Sequence record: SRR31156797_2095
Length of the DNA stretch: 64,000 nucleotides
Direction: 5' to 3' (one strand)
Each line of letters starts with the position of its first letter. Within the stretch, counting starts at the first letter, position 1. Positions 61,201 through 64,000 of the stretch are shown piece after piece. The notes beneath the pieces were generated by a model, which saw only the letters and a program-made list of their open reading frames with translations, was not told the origin of the DNA and made no database searches. Made by a program: the position numbers and the translations under genes.

Positions 61201-63431
61201 AATATATGATCGAAGCTGGTATGACCTCAACTGAGATTATGGCGGCAGCAAACGCATATGCGCAAAAGCTTATAACCTCTGACATTAACTCTGACTATGT
61301 AATAGACTATAAAGATGCTCTGGCTATCAACGCTTACAGCGACTATGGCATTACAAATATAATTGACGGAAGCTCAACGAATAAGACAAGCCTAAGCACT
61401 GATTATATTCAGGCATACATTAATAAGCTAGCAAATCATATAATTATACCTACTGACTATACGGCACCATTTAATAATGTGCAGTTCTCAATAGGAAACT
61501 CAAGTGATGTAAATGAGTTTATAAGTGTAAAAAACGGCTACATATCTCTTATCTCTGATGAGGCAAAGGTTTCCTCATACGAAATCAACGATGGGTTACA
61601 CTCTCAATATGTAATTAATGACGTCATCCATGACTCATCACCTGCTATGATTACTGATGTTGCTGACATAGTAGTAACAGACTCTTACGCAGCTTTGGCG
61701 AAGCAGAGCGAGCCGTTCATACATATATTAGAAACCTTCACAGATTCAACAACACCGATAGGTAATAACTCAATATTTGAGCTAGGAAGTGATTTCATAT
61801 CAGAAAAGCTTCTTGCTGATGAAACAAACAACATACCTTATGAAATTTATACCGATACCGGATCTCTCTATCTGAATGCATATAATATGGCTGACCCTTC
61901 ATCACCTACTGATATGATAGCTGATTTATTAGTGGCAGCAGCGAGCACACTTAAAGACGCTGTAATCGACAGCAGTGGAGACTATATATATGTAGTCGTT
62001 GATGAAGGCTATATTTATCCGGTGGACATAAGCGCTGTAAGGGCGGCGGGTTCACCTTCTACACTCACATCCAAAAAGAGCTCATACGCTGGTTCATCAG
62101 TCTATGATGCTGATATCAAAGACAGCACACATCTCTATGTTGCAACTGATTCCGGAGTTGAGGTTTTTGATCTTTCGACACTGCCATCAGCGGCAGCTAC
62201 GGGTAGTATAGCTATCAGCTCAGCCTCAGATATCCGTAATCTGGAAGTTGCCAGCGGTTACTTGTACGCATTTAACTACGACCTATATGCGCCGCAGAAA
62301 TACTGCATAGATACTCCTCTCTCACCGAGCCTCGAAAAATCTATGACAGACAGAAAGCTAACTAGCTCTGTGGTTGACATGGAATACGGATATGATGGAA
62401 TCCTCTATGTAGCGAGTTCAACAGAACTGGTTGCTTATAACCCTGACATCACTCAAACCAGCTATTACGGTGAAACATTTTCTAACGGAAAATATGTAAG
62501 AGACGTCGCTGTGGATGGAGCAAAAGCTTATGTAGCTGTTAATGATACAGCGCTGAATGTGTACGACATTACGGATATAAAGAACATCTCAGTCGCTTCC
62601 GGCGGAACACCGGACACACCGGATAGCGGAACGTATGACGGTTATCTGGTAGATGTTTACGGCAGCCACGCAGTTGTTATGACTGCTGATTCACTGCTTA
62701 GATACACTACATCTAACCTTGCAGACAGCGTGAAAGTAAGCCCTGCTGACACAACAGTTTACACTGACATGTATATCGACAGCACAGGCGACATCTACGC
62801 ATCAGGTGCCCAGATGACAATGCCGGTAGACGTTGTTTTGATTGAGCCAATTATAGATATAGCATCTGTAGCAACTATGGATTCTACTGTAGACAGGATC
62901 ATACCTGGTGCATCAACCGTTACTATGGAAGCTCTGATAAAGGCGACTAACTTCGTGTTCTACTCTGATAAAACAGATACTTCTATCAACTATGTAGGAA
63001 ATCTTCCTGCTGGTGATATGACAGGAGTCGCTACAGATCCAACGGGTATTGGTGACCTTGGTATGATTAATGATACAATATTACTACTGGATTCTAATAA
63101 CTCAAATCTCGAGTTGTATTCGTACAATAGCTCAACAGGGGACGCAACCCAAATAACCTCCCTGTCAGTCTCTGATGATGTGAAAAAGGTGTATGCTGAT
63201 GAAAGCAACAGCTACATTTACATCACTCATTCTGCTGGTGTTTCAGTTGTTTACTGGGATGGCGGATCGACACTTGAGTATTCTGCCTTCCTCCCTTCGG
63301 CGGGCAATACGATGAACGTAGATGCTGATAATGACTATCTGTATATAGCTAGCGGGCTTGGCGGGCTGCACGTTGTTCCTCTGATAAAAGGTGACTACGT
63401 GATACCTGATAACGGACGCGACCCAAGTTAA
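55290..63431 (+). CDS. Giant surface lipoprotein (2713 aa) with Ig-like domains and LVIVD-type beta-propeller repeats
   Basis: Lipobox ITAC followed by GGGGGGSSSS, repeated YLYLAD.G...VDISDP.SP units, three DL.LP.....SW......I...G.V.RP Ig-like units. Confidence 0.85.
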   Translation: MDKLLNFGIKCLSVLTVAIMITACGGGGGGSSSSDTTAKIKIKIDQDNFRSTDARISVGNSEVEELFLSVTGGKSEDVSRDILPEVNSTGYVSLELILKSDYTFSITATDINGTNLCTGSTTQYLDKDTENVAISCISTQVNDDTDDTDDPVVVVTLTGVAASGLPLQGMVYLKDANGTVVSTVIAADGSYEIPTDGLVPPFLLKAEGIVGTTNKTMYAFTDSDSGTMHINPYVNLAAAAALNVSDMDAVYEAPQTYTENMTYNNLRTSANIITEMFADVFEALGATGVDPLSGVYTADSTGIDGVLDHLDITLSDEGFKVVNKNSGAPVISGQVSTLTSGQSLPEMPTAFVEEIAEYVQQGPAQISEVNDFINDLYFTRSRGDFSNYVTSFSFHNGKTHSATLSEGFGEGTYSAIENFQIYKRSSISDVVVYYYEVKANGERVPQYKWLTKINGTWYIDGNERKFKRRAIVSSIKKINESDEISYKTGLQLYAEDSSSQGIELIVVTGDGLPSDGVRMVKNDYGYLKIYSDDSSSGMYYWMNSTERAAMVSAMQSNGYAEYAFTAYTAKTTNYEPSGSALQTIKQKIYPTVLPLTNTESDIDPHFLSVSGMQSHNISSLSSGGTLNLAYTAGTNNILYGDIKFECEDVSGGYHDTSDDLPIGTTAISVALPTANYSLLQECYAYIYYFDYAFTKMITSWKFITSTSEMSDEALLISTVSNVDINNLLGGNSGYSTVTTDLYLPVSLGSNISLSWSSSNTSAISNSGTVSRPSASSGAIDVTLTATATLNQENYSQDFTFTVLPEDEIYNSARVYAGAIADGIVEIYKTSDMSSPVITTNTSSDSDDVSLIGLFQYPTSSIIPEELYIVMVYGGTAFDANYQGSDPDRGMEQNPDGQTPVVTLNKGNVYAVLSGEDLINGNFSVNVLTDIVYRKISYMISAGMPYQKIVDKIDEYANMLLDGNDIEIDGQINNGDILLFNPYTDIDSTAFSSLSQFSSYMNEIYSNSMNSSYKYLSMMNFSEVHSMTAYDTAHSFIENDIIYVSEYDYGIKILDVSDLASPSYLGGIMEAGDYVVKSVKHGDYLYLADRGEGFISVDISDPASPAKADTFTGDSYSSISDIAIHSNGNYAYVAYSASSSVRIINISDPTNLVDVGTYNTPIAIGELYMDTTNDLLYAADTSGYAGAVIINVSSPESLSLHNGENIFYQDEYNTIYDIAAKDDGTNRAVYIAGQNSIEIFDATNLNTVAFEMNLGNAIAVSLKIDNDMLYVGTNQSEVTVFDISDALSPQKLYELTPDITGTNNISLSDGIIHFNTAYGVQIIEDSGNFASRLGAYTDMGYAFSSIKGTDSRVYGAGYKNNSNYIVVMDSSNPEDITSLSSQAYGDSNTIQSLAYDETYFSDTVFATTWGKTLLFGIKDTETVDPPTLYAPGSGIARLDPIEIVGDENKMIVGNRGSFDVFDISGAPASATLLNTHSLGTSSALLYSVIERNGYVYGAQNYTGLTVSHIDTGFMGGINSSNAYGLAIFEDRYLLVTGYEYGGGMNIYDLDTSPTDPMLVGSINLGLDGDDIIKVSVSDNFAYVYDPYFIHVIDISDVKLPRIIAAIPTTANSVDINEDTVFISHSGGGVTTLPKASVSLPYKTFSMEFLATAQDELSLATILGSNPSSTAIDLDLNLPDSLTSGAYVSWILDDNGYILSNGTLDPPTYQDGDTTVYIYANVSYGNESYILGYELTVLSLPPTDDDLAEEALSMLTIEDILAGNSDGDNILTDMNLPTSISDGISLSWDVGNALSINSSGVVTRPAFGVGNEPVTLSASAWYGGSDVHNRTFDITILAEDAVNINVDVGYGGYIGDYSMYAGEYYLYYYDKVNETMSVDASSSTPNYSGPDVDAGGDFTFIANQNNSVSSGDIFILSVFGGTLQDVDYNGEIDDPVTDNFGALHAILPGDAIGTDGNTVGVNIITDIIFHNVEYMIEAGMTSTEIMAAANAYAQKLITSDINSDYVIDYKDALAINAYSDYGITNIIDGSSTNKTSLSTDYIQAYINKLANHIIIPTDYTAPFNNVQFSIGNSSDVNEFISVKNGYISLISDEAKVSSYEINDGLHSQYVINDVIHDSSPAMITDVADIVVTDSYAALAKQSEPFIHILETFTDSTTPIGNNSIFELGSDFISEKLLADETNNIPYEIYTDTGSLYLNAYNMADPSSPTDMIADLLVAAASTLKDAVIDSSGDYIYVVVDEGYIYPVDISAVRAAGSPSTLTSKKSSYAGSSVYDADIKDSTHLYVATDSGVEVFDLSTLPSAAATGSIAISSASDIRNLEVASGYLYAFNYDLYAPQKYCIDTPLSPSLEKSMTDRKLTSSVVDMEYGYDGILYVASSTELVAYNPDITQTSYYGETFSNGKYVRDVAVDGAKAYVAVNDTALNVYDITDIKNISVASGGTPDTPDSGTYDGYLVDVYGSHAVVMTADSLLRYTTSNLADSVKVSPADTTVYTDMYIDSTGDIYASGAQMTMPVDVVLIEPIIDIASVATMDSTVDRIIPGASTVTMEALIKATNFVFYSDKTDTSINYVGNLPAGDMTGVATDPTGIGDLGMINDTILLLDSNNSNLELYSYNSSTGDATQITSLSVSDDVKKVYADESNSYIYITHSAGVSVVYWDGGSTLEYSAFLPSAGNTMNVDADNDYLYIASGLGGLHVVPLIKGDYVIPDNGRDPS

Positions 63432-63454
63432 GCAGATGTCGCTTATTTACTAAC

Positions 63455-63488
63455 AAAAAAAGGGGAACCAAACGGTTCCCCTTACTAT
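63455..63488. terminator. Bidirectional terminator
   Basis: A7-GGGGAACC-AAAC-GGTTCCCC-TT between convergent genes. Confidence 0.8.
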
Positions 63489-63513
63489 TTTCGATATTTA
63501 ACTTTAATCAGGT

Positions 63514-64000
63514 TCATAACCTGTTGTGCGGTACTTCGCCTTTAAAAACTTGTATAAGCGAATCACAGCAAAGCCTTGCCATAGCCTCACGGGTTGCATA
63601 GCTTCCGCTTCCGATATGCGGAGCAAGCACGACATTATCAAGTTTGAAAAGTCCGTCATCAATCTTCGGCTCTTCCTCATAAACATCAAGCCCAGCGGAA
63701 AAGATAAGCTTGCTCTCAAGAGCACGCACAAGGTCTTTCTCTTTGATTATCTCGCCACGACCGATATTTACCAGGATAGCGGAAGACTTCATCTGTACAA
63801 AAGTCTCCAGAGTAAATTTATGCTTAGTCCCCTCATTAGCAGGGGCAGTAATTATCAGAAAGTCAGATTTGCGGATAAGCTCTTCAAAAGATACTTTTGT
63901 CGCTCCGGTGAGAAGCTCCGCCTGTGGTTTCTTAGAACGTGAGTTATAGATAATATCCATATTAAAACCGGATGCCATCTTAGCAACCGCCTGCCCTATC
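63514..64000 (-). CDS. D-isomer-specific 2-hydroxyacid dehydrogenase (glyoxylate reductase-like), 5' part outside the window
   Basis: LVNIGRGE, AGLDVYEEEP, LAPHIGS. Confidence 0.88.
   Translation of the reverse strand, partial: IGQAVAKMASGFNMDIIYNSRSKKPQAELLTGATKVSFEELIRKSDFLIITAPANEGTKHKFTLETFVQMKSSAILVNIGRGEIIKEKDLVRALESKLIFSAGLDVYEEEPKIDDGLFKLDNVVLAPHIGSGSYATREAMARLCCDSLIQVFKGEVPHNRL

Overview
Bacterial chromosomal window of moderately low GC. The gene style suggests a Gram-negative anaerobe, possibly Deferribacterales-like, but this is an impression I cannot verify. Most of the window is housekeeping and chemotaxis genes: rsmH/mraZ, an MCP, mazG, smc, ftsY, glnK-amtB, flhG/cheW/cheZ-like genes, ygiQ, threonine dehydratase, mscS, an FNT channel and a 2713-aa surface lipoprotein. 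The main discovery is a set of intact phage-derived genes split into three islands interleaved with ordinary host genes. These are a packaging operon (terS-terL-portal, 12575-15527, minus), a divergent Xis-like/XRE switch with three lambda-OR-like operators (21200-21921), and a head plus tail-tip operon (23478-34907, plus). No integrase, transposase, replication, tail tube, tape measure or endolysin gene is recognisable in the window. The two structural operons share an identically spaced upstream motif, TTAAACATAT-N16-GTAYWATCC. Together this looks like a domesticated, co-regulated gene-transfer-agent (GTA)-like system rather than an ordinary prophage. Other notable signals are a cheW-cheZ fusion reachable only through an A12 slippery tract, two ~170-bp DnaA-box/IHF-like elements with identical internal spacing 20 kb apart, and two Fic paralogs that both have the catalytic His replaced by Gln.
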